From: an uncultured Acidobacteriota bacterium
GTDB taxonomy: Bacteria > Acidobacteriota > Terriglobia > Acidiferrales > UBA7541
Length of the DNA stretch: 64,000 bases
Assembly: GCA_963789665.1 (NCBI GenBank)
Contig: CAWBLT010000015.1
Coordinates: 34,445 to 98,444, forward strand
Reading direction: 5' to 3'
Shown: in pieces, positions 55,528 through 64,000 of the stretch
Layout: every line of letters begins with the position of its first letter
Numbering within the stretch: the first letter of the stretch is position 1
The notes under the pieces: model-generated
Databases searched by the model: none
The model's input: the letters and a program-made list of their open reading frames with translations, nothing else
What the model was told of the DNA's origin: nothing
Made by a program: the position numbers and the translations under genes

Positions 55528-56982
55528 CTACGAATTCCCGACGTTGGATTTGGCGCGGCGTGCGTACTGCAGCGAGACAGCGATGCCGATAAGCACCGCT
55601 GCCAAAAACAAATATGGCAAGTAACGCCATGGCGCCGCGGGCACTGGAAAAACGCTTAGCGCCAGGACTGCGGCAAGGATCAGCAGCGCGGCGGCGCTGA
55701 CGGCGACGTCCAGGCGACGGAGGATTTTGCGACGCAGCAGGAAGAAGGGCATGGCGAGGCAGACCAGGAAATAGGCGCCGATGAACCCGTAAGACGCGAG
55801 TTGGGTTAAATAATTGATGCAATCCGGCAGCAGAACTTTTGCGAGGAGCAGAGTCGCGGGACACGCGACCGCAACGATTGAGATTAGTGCGATGGCGCGG
55901 TGAGGAGTTTTGTTGACGGGATGCGCCGCGCCGAAGCTGGGCACGAATAGTCCATTTTGCGCGAGGTAATAAAGGATACGCGCGCCGGCGTTGAGCGAGC
56001 CCAGAGTGCAGGCAAAATAACTCAGCGCGATGCCGATGGAACTCACGTAGCCGACGCTCGCGAGATTCATGGAGCGCGCAATCGAATCAAAGGGCGCATT
56101 GAGCTGATCGAGCGCCAGTCCATTTTTGCGGGCGAGCGCGGTGAGGCAATAAATCATCACTAGATAAAGGATGCCGACGGGAATCAGGCAGCTCACGATG
56201 ACGCGGGGAATGGTGCGGCGCGCGTGCGTGGCTTCTTCGCCGAGCGTGGTGACGCTTTCGAAGCCGGCGAGGGTCATGAAGCCGAAAACCATCGCGAATT
56301 GAAAGCCGGATAATTTTGCCCCGTCCAGGTGGAGTTGCGGACGGTCGAGCCATGTGGAATTGTGGCGCATGGCCAGAGCGATGATGAAGATGATGACGGC
56401 GAGCGAGCTGAGCTCGATGGCCAACATCACTTCGGTGGAAAGCTTGATGTCGCGATGCGCGATGATCCATGCGCAGATCACCACGATCGCCGTGATGCCA
56501 GCGGCGCGCACAAAAGATGCGGGCGCGCCGGTAATCTGGCGATAGAAAAGATCGGCGTAATACGCAGAAGAGGGCGCGGTGCCGGCCGCGCCGAAGGCCA
56601 TGGCCGCAACGTATGCCCATCCAGTGACCATGCAGGCCCCGCGCCCCAGGCCCGCGGAGGCAAAATCGGCCAGCGAACCCGCGGAAGCGCACTGCGCGGA
56701 AAAACGATGCACGCTGTAAGTGATCAGCGAAAATGCGACGAGCGTGAGCAGAAAGATCAGCCAGGTGGCGTTGCCGCCCTTCGCGATCAGCAGCGGCAGA
56801 ACGATGCCGCACGTGCCGGTGGGCGCCATCACGCCGAGCGTGAGCGCGGTGTCCTCAATGAACGATAGATAATTGTGGCGCAGGGTGAGGCGGGGGCGCG
56901 CCGAGGAATCCGTAGAAGCGGATTGTGCCGGGAGAGTCACATGAGCAACAGTAGCAGCAGCCGTTTTTTGGCGCAAATTCAC
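55528..56982 (-). CDS. APC-superfamily amino acid permease
   Basis: 484 aa and polytopic. YLSFIEDTALTLGVMAPTGTCGIVLPLLIAKGGNATWLIFLLTLVAFSLITYSV is APC-like. The substrate is unknown. Confidence 0.85.
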   Translation of the reverse strand: MNLRQKTAAATVAHVTLPAQSASTDSSARPRLTLRHNYLSFIEDTALTLGVMAPTGTCGIVLPLLIAKGGNATWLIFLLTLVAFSLITYSVHRFSAQCASAGSLADFASAGLGRGACMVTGWAYVAAMAFGAAGTAPSSAYYADLFYRQITGAPASFVRAAGITAIVVICAWIIAHRDIKLSTEVMLAIELSSLAVIIFIIALAMRHNSTWLDRPQLHLDGAKLSGFQFAMVFGFMTLAGFESVTTLGEEATHARRTIPRVIVSCLIPVGILYLVMIYCLTALARKNGLALDQLNAPFDSIARSMNLASVGYVSSIGIALSYFACTLGSLNAGARILYYLAQNGLFVPSFGAAHPVNKTPHRAIALISIVAVACPATLLLAKVLLPDCINYLTQLASYGFIGAYFLVCLAMPFFLLRRKILRRLDVAVSAAALLILAAVLALSVFPVPAAPWRYLPYLFLAAVLIGIAVSLQYARRAKSNVGNS

Positions 56983-57122
56983 AGCGTCGGGCGGAAAACT
57001 TCCGCATGATTCGCAGGGTGCATTGCATATAATGGGGCCGTGCCTCCTGCGTTTTGTTTAATGATCGGCGCCTTCGGACAATCGCATCGTGACGGAACGA
57101 ACGCTGCCTTTCATTTACCGTC

Positions 57123-58328
57123 ATGACCGAAAAACTCACAGCGAGTGACGTGCCGTCGGCCAATCTTGCGCCGCGGGAAGCGCAGGCCTTGCGCGAGCAA
57201 TTCCAGAAATTGTATGGCGAGGAGGCGCGCATCTTTCGCGCGCCGGGGCGCGTGAACCTGATCGGCGAGCACACCGATTACAACGAAGGATTCGTGATGC
57301 CCGTGGCCATGGATTTGTACACCTGGGTGGCGGCGGCGCCGCGCCCAGATCCGCGCGTGCATGTTTATTCGCAGAATGTAGGCGAGCACGCGGAAATGGA
57401 TTTGCAGAACCCGAATTTGCGCCTGCAGGGACATTGGAGCGCGTACGTGCTGGGAGTGGCGGCGAGTTTGCGCATGTCCGGCGCGGAAATTGGCGGAGCG
57501 AATCTGCTGGTCGAGGGAAAGGTTCCCATGGGCGCGGGACTTTCCTCTTCGGCGTCGGTGGAAGTGGCGGCCGGCTACGCGCTGCTGGAAAGTTCGGGCC
57601 TCTCGCGCAGCCCGGTGGAGCTGGCGAAGATTTGCCAGCGCGCGGAAAATGAATTCGCGGGAGCACGCTGCGGCATCATGGACCAGATGATCGCCTGCTG
57701 CGGGCGCGCGAACTATGCGTTGATTCTGGATTGCCGCACGCTGGGATTCCGGCTGCTGCCGTTATTTCCAGATGCGCAATTCGTGGTGTGCAACAGCATG
57801 GTGAAACACGATCACGCGGCGGGGGAATACAATGCGCGGCGCGCGGATTGCGAGACGGCCACGCGGATTCTGGCGCAGCAGCTGCCCGGGGTGCGCGCGT
57901 TGCGCGACGTGTCGCTCGCGGACCTGGAGCGCTTTGCGAAATTGCTGCCGGCGGTGGTGTACCGGCGCAGCCGGCACGTGATCAGCGAAAATGCGCGCGT
58001 GCTGGACGCGCGCGCGGCGCTGGAACGCGGCGATCCGGAATCTTTTGGCCGGCTGATGCGCGCATCGCATCGCAGCCTGCAAGAGGATTACGAAGTGAGC
58101 AGCGCGGAGCTGGACTTGCTGGTGGAAATTGCCGGCGGGATCGCGGGCGTGCACGGCTCGCGCATGACGGGTGGCGGATTTGGCGGCTGCACGATCAGCC
58201 TGGTGCGCAGCGAGGTGGTCGGCGAATTTCAGAGCGCCGTCGCGCGCGGTTACAAACAAGCGACAGGCCGCCAGCCGGACATCTATATCGTCCGCGCCTC
58301 AGACGGCGTCCGCGAAGCGCTGGAATAG
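57123..58328 (+). CDS. galK: galactokinase
   Basis: 401 aa. Galactokinase signature APGRVNLIGEHTDYNEGFVMP, GHMP ATP motif PMGAGLSSSASVEVA and C-terminal GSRMTGGGFGGCTISLV. Confidence 0.95.
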   Translation: MTEKLTASDVPSANLAPREAQALREQFQKLYGEEARIFRAPGRVNLIGEHTDYNEGFVMPVAMDLYTWVAAAPRPDPRVHVYSQNVGEHAEMDLQNPNLRLQGHWSAYVLGVAASLRMSGAEIGGANLLVEGKVPMGAGLSSSASVEVAAGYALLESSGLSRSPVELAKICQRAENEFAGARCGIMDQMIACCGRANYALILDCRTLGFRLLPLFPDAQFVVCNSMVKHDHAAGEYNARRADCETATRILAQQLPGVRALRDVSLADLERFAKLLPAVVYRRSRHVISENARVLDARAALERGDPESFGRLMRASHRSLQEDYEVSSAELDLLVEIAGGIAGVHGSRMTGGGFGGCTISLVRSEVVGEFQSAVARGYKQATGRQPDIYIVRASDGVREALE

Positions 58329-58426
58329 GCAACCTCGGCAGCAATCGCCACGCTGCGTTCTTCACAGCGTTAAGTTCGCGCATTATTTGCTTCGCTTTTC
58401 GGAACGCGGTTTGCCTTGGAGAGTTT

Positions 58427-60758
58427 ATGGACCGACGCGATTTCATGAAGACGGCAACCACGCTGCTCGCCAGTGCAGCGCTTCGTAGAAGTGATTTTGC
58501 GCAGCAGGCTCCAGGCTCGGAAACTTCGGTGCGTCTGGTGTTGCCCATGAACCGCGGCTGGAGATATAGCGCGTCGTTCGTCGCAGGCGGCCACGACCTG
58601 AACTTTGACGACTCGAAATTCGCGCGCGTGGTGGTTCCGCATACGAACGTTGCGCTCCCGTGGCACGGATTTGACGACAAAACCTACGAATTCGTCTCGT
58701 TGTATCGCCGGCGCTTCCAGTTGCCGCCCGCAGCGCGCGGCCAACGCGTGTTCGTGGATTTCGAAGGTGTGATGACCGCATCCACTGTGTGGATCAACGG
58801 CCAGCGGCTGGGCGAGTATAAAGGTGGCTACACGCCCTTTTCCTTCGAACTGACGCCGCATCTGAATTTCGAAGGAGACAATCTTCTCGCGGTGGACGTG
58901 GATTCTTCCGAACGCCCGGACATTCCCCCGTTCGGCAATCGCATCGACTACCTTACATTCGGCGGAATCTATCGCGAAGTCGCGCTGCGCATCGTGCCGG
59001 CTATTTGCATTGAAAATATTTTCGCGCAGCCCAAGAACGTCTTAAGTGAGCATCCATCACTGGATGTGCACTGCTTCGTCCAGCGGCTCGAGCCTATGCA
59101 GCACGCTCCTCTCACGCTGGAAGCCGTGCTCCTGGATGGCGCGAACACGATTGCCAAGACGACGCAGCCGGTTCCCTCGTCGAGCGCGACGAGCGAGCCG
59201 GTGAGGTACACATTGGAATTCGCTCCACTCTCCAACGTTCAACTTTGGGACATCGCGAATCCACATCTTTACTCCGTGCGAGTGCGTTTGCTCGTGGGCG
59301 ATCGTGTGCTTGATGAAGAAACGCGCCGCATCGGTTTCCGCGAAGCGCAATTCACGGATCACGGTTTCGAGTTGAACGGAAAGGTGATCAAGCTGCGCGG
59401 GCTCGACCGCCACCAGACTTTTCCTTTCGTCGGCCAGGCGATGCCCGCTCGCGTACAGCGCCAGGACGCCTACATTCTGCGGAGACAATTGCATTGCAAC
59501 ATCGTGCGCACTTCGCACTATCCGCAATCACGCCATTTTCTGGATGCTTGCGATGAATACGGCTTGCTCGTGCTGGAAGAAATCCCGGGCTGGCAATATA
59601 TCGGCGATCAGGCCTGGCAGGACCTCTCCGTTGACAATGTAAGCCGCATGATTCGCCGCGACTGGAATCATCCCGCGATCGTTCTGTGGGGCGTGCGCAT
59701 CAATGAATCCAGGGACAATCACGAATTCTACACGCGCACCAATGCCGTGGCGCACAAACTGGACCCCATCGCGCCAGACCGGAGGCATTCGCTATTTTCA
59801 GGAATCCGAGTTTCTGGAAGATGTCTTCACCATGAACGACTTTGGCTGGCCACTGAAGCCTCCCAATCATCCTCGTTATCTCAACACGGAATTTGTGGGC
59901 CACACCTATCCCGTTAAAACGATTGATGACAACGTCCGCCATCGCGAACACACCATTCGCCATGCGCGCGTGCACGACCAGCTCGCTTCCAATCCGCAAT
60001 ACGCCGGAGGCATCGGCTGGTGCGCTTTCGATTACAACACTCACTCTGATTTCGGCGCCGGAGATCGCATCTGCTATCACGGCGTGGTGGATATGTTTCG
60101 CGAGCCGAAACCCGCGGCGGGCTTTTACAAATCGATGTGCGACCCGGAAGAAGAAATTGTGCTGGAGCCGGCATTCCATTGGGCGGCGGGTGATGAAGCG
60201 CTGCGTTTCACGGTCGCGATGATTTGTTCGAACTGCGACCACCTGAAGCTTTATGTGAAAACGAAGGACAACTGGGATTTGATCGCCGAAGCGGATCCGG
60301 ATCGCGAGCAGTTCGCGCATCTGCGTTATGCGCCATTCAGCATTGATCTCACCAAGGCGCAGCACGAATGGGGCGATCTGCGGATAGATGGCTATCTGAA
60401 GGGCCAGCAGGTCGCTTCGAAGACCTACTCGGGCCGGGGCGTGGATCAGAAATTTTCAGTGCTAGCCGATGACGCGGAGCTGAGCGCCGATGGGGCCGAC
60501 AGCACGCGCGTCGTCTTCCGCGTCACGGATGAATTCGGCGCGATTCGGCCTTATGCCAACGATCCCATCGCTCTCAGCCTCGAAGGCCCCGCCGAAATCA
60601 TCGGCGACAATCCCTTCGCGCTCACCGGAGGCACTGGAGCCGTCTGGATTCGCGCAAAGGAACAGCCCGGAACGGTTCGCCTCACCGCCAAGCACCCCCG
60701 TCTAGGCAGTCAGACGATCGTGCTCACGCTGCAGGAGGCGCCCCCCGAGCGCGTCTAG
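58427..60758 (+). pseudogene. Tat-exported glycoside hydrolase family 2 beta-galactosidase-like enzyme, frameshifted at CCCC 59764-59767 (pseudogene or sequence error)
   Basis: ATG 58427 follows GGAGAG. Twin-arginine signal MDRRDFMKTATTLLASAAL. GH2 sugar-binding and TIM regions (VWINGQRLGEYKGGYTPFSFELT, NIVRTSHYPQSRHFLDACDEYGLLVLEEIPGW, NHPAIVLWGVRINES). The frame changes at ...VAHKLDP|SRQTGGIRYFQESEF..., continuing in ORF 59703-60758. Confidence 0.85.
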
Positions 60759-60804
60759 TCTGCAACTTCCACTCGGGACGCGCCAAGTTGCTTCCGCGCG
60801 AAAC

Positions 60805-63800
60805 TCAGAAGTAAAACTTCAAAGCAAACTGGACCAGTCTCGGAGCAAGCGACGCAGTGGGAAATCCAAATTGCGAAGCCCCGCGCTCGGTGGAAAAGTT
60901 TTCATTGGTCGTCGTGGGATCGGCGAACTGCAGGTTCGGATGGTTCCAGATATTGAAGAACTCAGCGCGGAACTCAAAACGCATTTGTTCTTTGACTGGA
61001 AATTGCTTGATGAATGAGAGATCCCAGTTCTGCAGTCCAGGCCCGAGAATGATGTTTCGTCCCGCGTCTCCGAAAGTGCCCGCCACCATGTTGGGGACAA
61101 AAGCGCACGTGTTAAACAGAGTTCCCGGCAGGCAACGCGCCCCGTTCGGATTTCCCACCACATTGGGACGCGCGCAATTGAAGACCTCGCCGCCGCAATC
61201 GGAATTGGCTATGTTCACCAGATCGTCCGTCGGCGTGAACCAATTGCCAGTTTGCGCCGAGACGATTCCGGTGACCTGCCAGTTGCCCACAATCTGGTTG
61301 GCAAGCCCGGTAAGGTTCGAGCCGAAGTGCTGGCCGTTCCCGAACGGCAAGTTATACACAAAGTTGACCACAAATCTGTGGCGCACGTCGAAATCGGCGC
61401 TGCCGTATTCCAGGTAGGGCTCCGTTTGCAGCCGGAAGTCTCCCTGATTCTGCGAGCCCAGGCTGGCAGAAGACGCGTCATCGAGCGCGTGGCTATAGGT
61501 GTAGGCCGCCTGAAATTGCAAGCCGTTAGAAAAGCGCTTTTCAAGGCGTAGTTGCAATCCATTGTAGTTTGAAAATAAATTCGAGCGCAGCGTTTCAATC
61601 CCGCCATCAATATTGGGATCGGGGCGGCGTGGAGCGGTAGGAATCGTCGAATCCGCCGTAGGGACCGCCTGGTTTCCATTGAACATCCCGAATAGATTGG
61701 CCCCGTGCGAGCCGACGTAGGAAATTTGCGCCACCATGTTCGCCGGCAATGCGTACTGAAAACCGACGAACCATTGCTGCATGAAAGGCGTCGTGATGTT
61801 CGGGCTGATGGAAAAAAGCAACGGAGTATTCGGATCAATCAGGGAGTTTGCAGGGAATCCCTGCTGCAGCGAGTTGAATCCTGGAATCGAACAGTCTATT
61901 TGTCCGGGATTGGGGTTCGCGGAATTCGTCAAACAGGGCTGGTTGAACCCCTGCGTCACGAAAAAGGGTGGATTGAAACCGGGGCTAGGATTGGAGTACG
62001 GCCCGTTTTCCTGGCCGCCATAAAAAATTCCGTAGGAAGTGCGCAGCACGAGTTTCTCGCTGATTTTGTAGGCCAAGCCTATGCGCGGCGCGAAGTTGTG
62101 GTAATCCGGTGGAACCAGCCCGGTCGAGCCGGTCCGGTCGATGGTAATTTGTGTGGCCAACGTGGGAGTCAGCTCGGCCGTTTGCCCCGTGGGCACAATC
62201 AGGCATCCGCAATTGAAATTAAAATTGGCCTGCTCATTGTCGGCGGCCTTCACCGGTGAATAATATTCGTAGCGCAAGCCAAGATTCAGCGTCAGGTTCG
62301 CTGTTGCCTTGAAGTCATCCTGAATAAATCCGGCGTAGATTTGCCGGTGATAGTCAACATTGTGCAGGTTCACGATCGAGCCGCCATCAGAGATGCCCAG
62401 CAGGAAGCTCGCAAAGCCGTAACCACCGGATCCTGGCGCCGCGGGATTATCTGTGAATGCAGCGCTGAAATCGGCGGTGCCGCGCGAGGCCGACGGCTGA
62501 AAGATCGTGAATTGTTCGAAGCGCAGTTCGGTGCCGACCTTAATCGAGTGGCGCCCTTTCACCCAGGTAAAATTGTCCGTGAAGACGTAGCTGTTCTGCT
62601 TCTCGATCGACGGCAAATAGCCGGAGCTGCCCAGTTGCGGAGCCGAGCCATCGCTGAAGGTCAAAGAGGGCAGCCCGCCGTTAAACGTGCCGGGCTCGTA
62701 CGGAACGCCGGGATAATCAAGTTCAGCCGAGACGTTCTCGTTGTAATTGTTTTGATAGCGATGTGCATTGATCCGGTTGTAGCCAAAACGGAATTCGTTC
62801 ACGTGAGTGGAATCGAAAACGTGAGTTTCGCTCAACGCCACGCTGCGATATGAAAAATCTTCGATGCCGTCGAAGAATCCGCCGCCATCCAGCACGTTAT
62901 TGAAAGGCGAGGGAATATAACTGGGCTGGTTTTCGTAACTGAACCTGCCGAAGAGAGAATCCTTGTTCGAAATGGTGTGATCAATGCGCACGTCGAAATT
63001 GTTGCGAGTTTCGCTGCGTACGGGTACGGCCTGGTAGTTGAACCCCGGATTGGTCGAGTTCGGTGCGGGAATCAGCGCTGCCAGCCGAGAAGCCAGCGGG
63101 TCAGTTGATCCCGTGGGAAACACGTTGGTGGGAACGCCTCCAGCACCCACGCCGATCGGCACTCCACACAAGCCGCTGGGATTGGCGAGGGTGACCGGCA
63201 CAACCTGAGTCTGCCGGGCGTTGAAGATTTCTCCCACGAAAGTTTGGTTACCGCTGCAATCCAGAGCCACTGCGCCGTTGGGATTGCCGGAGTTCGGGTC
63301 AATCGCCATTGCGGGAGTGTCGGTGAGCAGTTCTGAAAAGTCGCCGTTCACCATGCTCTGATCGGGGACGGTCGCCGTCTGCAGAAGTCCCTGGCGCAAA
63401 CGAAATCCCTCGTAATCGGCGAAGAAAAAGGTCTTGTCTTTCTTGATCGGCCCGCCAAAAGTGCCGCCGAACTGATTCTGTTTGTATTCTGGCTTTTGCG
63501 GAATGGTTATGATGGCGGGAGAAGCGTCGAGCGCGTCGTTGCGAAAATATTCGAAAACGTCTCCGTGGAAAGCGTTGGTGCCGGATTTGATTACGGCATT
63601 TAGAATCGCGCCGTTGCCTCTGCCGAATTCCGCGCTGTAGTCGTTGGTTTGAACTTTGAATTCCTCAATGGCGTCAATGGGCGGCTGAATCACGTACGAC
63701 GATTCGTTCAGCACGTCGCCCAGATTCGAATTGTTGTCAATTCCGTCCAGCAGAAAATTGTTTTGCAGCGAACGCGCGCCGTCCACGCTGAATCCGAAAT

Positions 63801-64000
63801 TTCCGCTTACGCGCGAACCCGGCTCGCTAGGCACCACGCCGGCGCCGAGTTGCGCCAGCTGCGCAAAATTTCGTCCGTTCAGCGGCAGCGTCTCGATGCG
63901 CGTCTTATCCATCACTTCGCCCATCGTGCTGGTCTCGGTTTCCAATAACGGGTTCTGGACGGTTACCTCCACCTTCTGCGAAACTTGTCCGACCTCCAGC
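60805..64000 (-). CDS. TonB-dependent-receptor-like outer membrane protein (N-terminus beyond window end)
   Basis: The reading frame stays open to the window edge (...LEVGQVSQKVEVTVQNPLLETETSTMGEVMDKTRIETLPLNGRNFAQLAQLG...). Plug-like and long beta-barrel regions, ending ...RLVQFALKFYF. It is a paralog of 38118-42101. Confidence 0.9.
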   Translation of the reverse strand, partial: LEVGQVSQKVEVTVQNPLLETETSTMGEVMDKTRIETLPLNGRNFAQLAQLGAGVVPSEPGSRVSGNFGFSVDGARSLQNNFLLDGIDNNSNLGDVLNESSYVIQPPIDAIEEFKVQTNDYSAEFGRGNGAILNAVIKSGTNAFHGDVFEYFRNDALDASPAIITIPQKPEYKQNQFGGTFGGPIKKDKTFFFADYEGFRLRQGLLQTATVPDQSMVNGDFSELLTDTPAMAIDPNSGNPNGAVALDCSGNQTFVGEIFNARQTQVVPVTLANPSGLCGVPIGVGAGGVPTNVFPTGSTDPLASRLAALIPAPNSTNPGFNYQAVPVRSETRNNFDVRIDHTISNKDSLFGRFSYENQPSYIPSPFNNVLDGGGFFDGIEDFSYRSVALSETHVFDSTHVNEFRFGYNRINAHRYQNNYNENVSAELDYPGVPYEPGTFNGGLPSLTFSDGSAPQLGSSGYLPSIEKQNSYVFTDNFTWVKGRHSIKVGTELRFEQFTIFQPSASRGTADFSAAFTDNPAAPGSGGYGFASFLLGISDGGSIVNLHNVDYHRQIYAGFIQDDFKATANLTLNLGLRYEYYSPVKAADNEQANFNFNCGCLIVPTGQTAELTPTLATQITIDRTGSTGLVPPDYHNFAPRIGLAYKISEKLVLRTSYGIFYGGQENGPYSNPSPGFNPPFFVTQGFNQPCLTNSANPNPGQIDCSIPGFNSLQQGFPANSLIDPNTPLLFSISPNITTPFMQQWFVGFQYALPANMVAQISYVGSHGANLFGMFNGNQAVPTADSTIPTAPRRPDPNIDGGIETLRSNLFSNYNGLQLRLEKRFSNGLQFQAAYTYSHALDDASSASLGSQNQGDFRLQTEPYLEYGSADFDVRHRFVVNFVYNLPFGNGQHFGSNLTGLANQIVGNWQVTGIVSAQTGNWFTPTDDLVNIANSDCGGEVFNCARPNVVGNPNGARCLPGTLFNTCAFVPNMVAGTFGDAGRNIILGPGLQNWDLSFIKQFPVKEQMRFEFRAEFFNIWNHPNLQFADPTTTNENFSTERGASQFGFPTASLAPRLVQFALKFYF

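Noticed and set aside
1-64000. Mobile elements, prophage, defence islands, CRISPR-Cas, and rRNA or tRNA genes.
   Set aside because: I saw no transposase, integrase, recombinase, phage structural, restriction-modification or cas-like translations in any frame. I saw no terminal inverted repeats flanking a gene set, and no tRNA-like cloverleaf apart from the rejected candidate.

Overview
GC-rich chromosomal segment. I found no rRNA, tRNA, CRISPR array, transposase or integrase. The gene content points to an Acidobacteriota (Terriglobia-like) genome; that assignment is inference from family recognition, not a search. All family calls come from reading motifs in the supplied translations.

Layout:
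- (1) 1-22.7 kb, + strand: eight tandem MacB/FtsX-type 'ADOP' permease paralogs, all ending in ...VDP(M/L)(V/I)ALRYE. Embedded among them are one ABC ATPase, a receiver-PP2C phosphatase, and a sigma54-type response regulator with its histidine kinase.
- (2) 22.8-31 kb: envelope and stress genes. These are tonB plus a secreted M48-like protein with a destroyed HExxH motif, HtrA/DegP, an M28 peptidase, a VIT-family metal transporter and Fe/Mn SOD.
- (3) 31-37.8 kb: transporters and an exported nucleoside/purine salvage cluster (NUP-like protein, nucleoside hydrolase, AzgA-type nucleobase permease).
- (4) 38-44 kb: a 1327-aa TonB-dependent-receptor-like OMP, an amidase and a cytosine-deaminase-like protein.
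- (5) 44-46.8 kb: a lower-GC stretch with 566 bp of non-coding DNA, an XRE regulator and a secreted W/Y-repeat protein with an A/E/N/K tandem-repeat tail.
- (6) 46.9-55.4 kb, - strand: a PadR regulator followed by three more ADOP permeases that carry a cytoplasmic N-terminal extension.
- (7) 55.5-64 kb: an APC permease, galK, a Tat-exported GH2 beta-galactosidase and a second TonB-dependent-receptor-like OMP that runs off the window.

Main points of interest:
- The two ADOP arrays: 11 paralogs, about 25 kb, one ATPase, and no adaptor or outer-membrane partner.
- A branched two-component system inside the first array.
- A gene-conversion-like identical 5' block shared by the PadR-linked paralogs.
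- A structured 340-bp intergenic region with a + strand terminator but no + strand gene.
- Eight single-base frameshifts in six otherwise well-conserved genes, mostly at short homopolymers. These may be assembly errors rather than true pseudogenes.

I did not find a cleanly delimited, obviously new multi-gene system beyond these.
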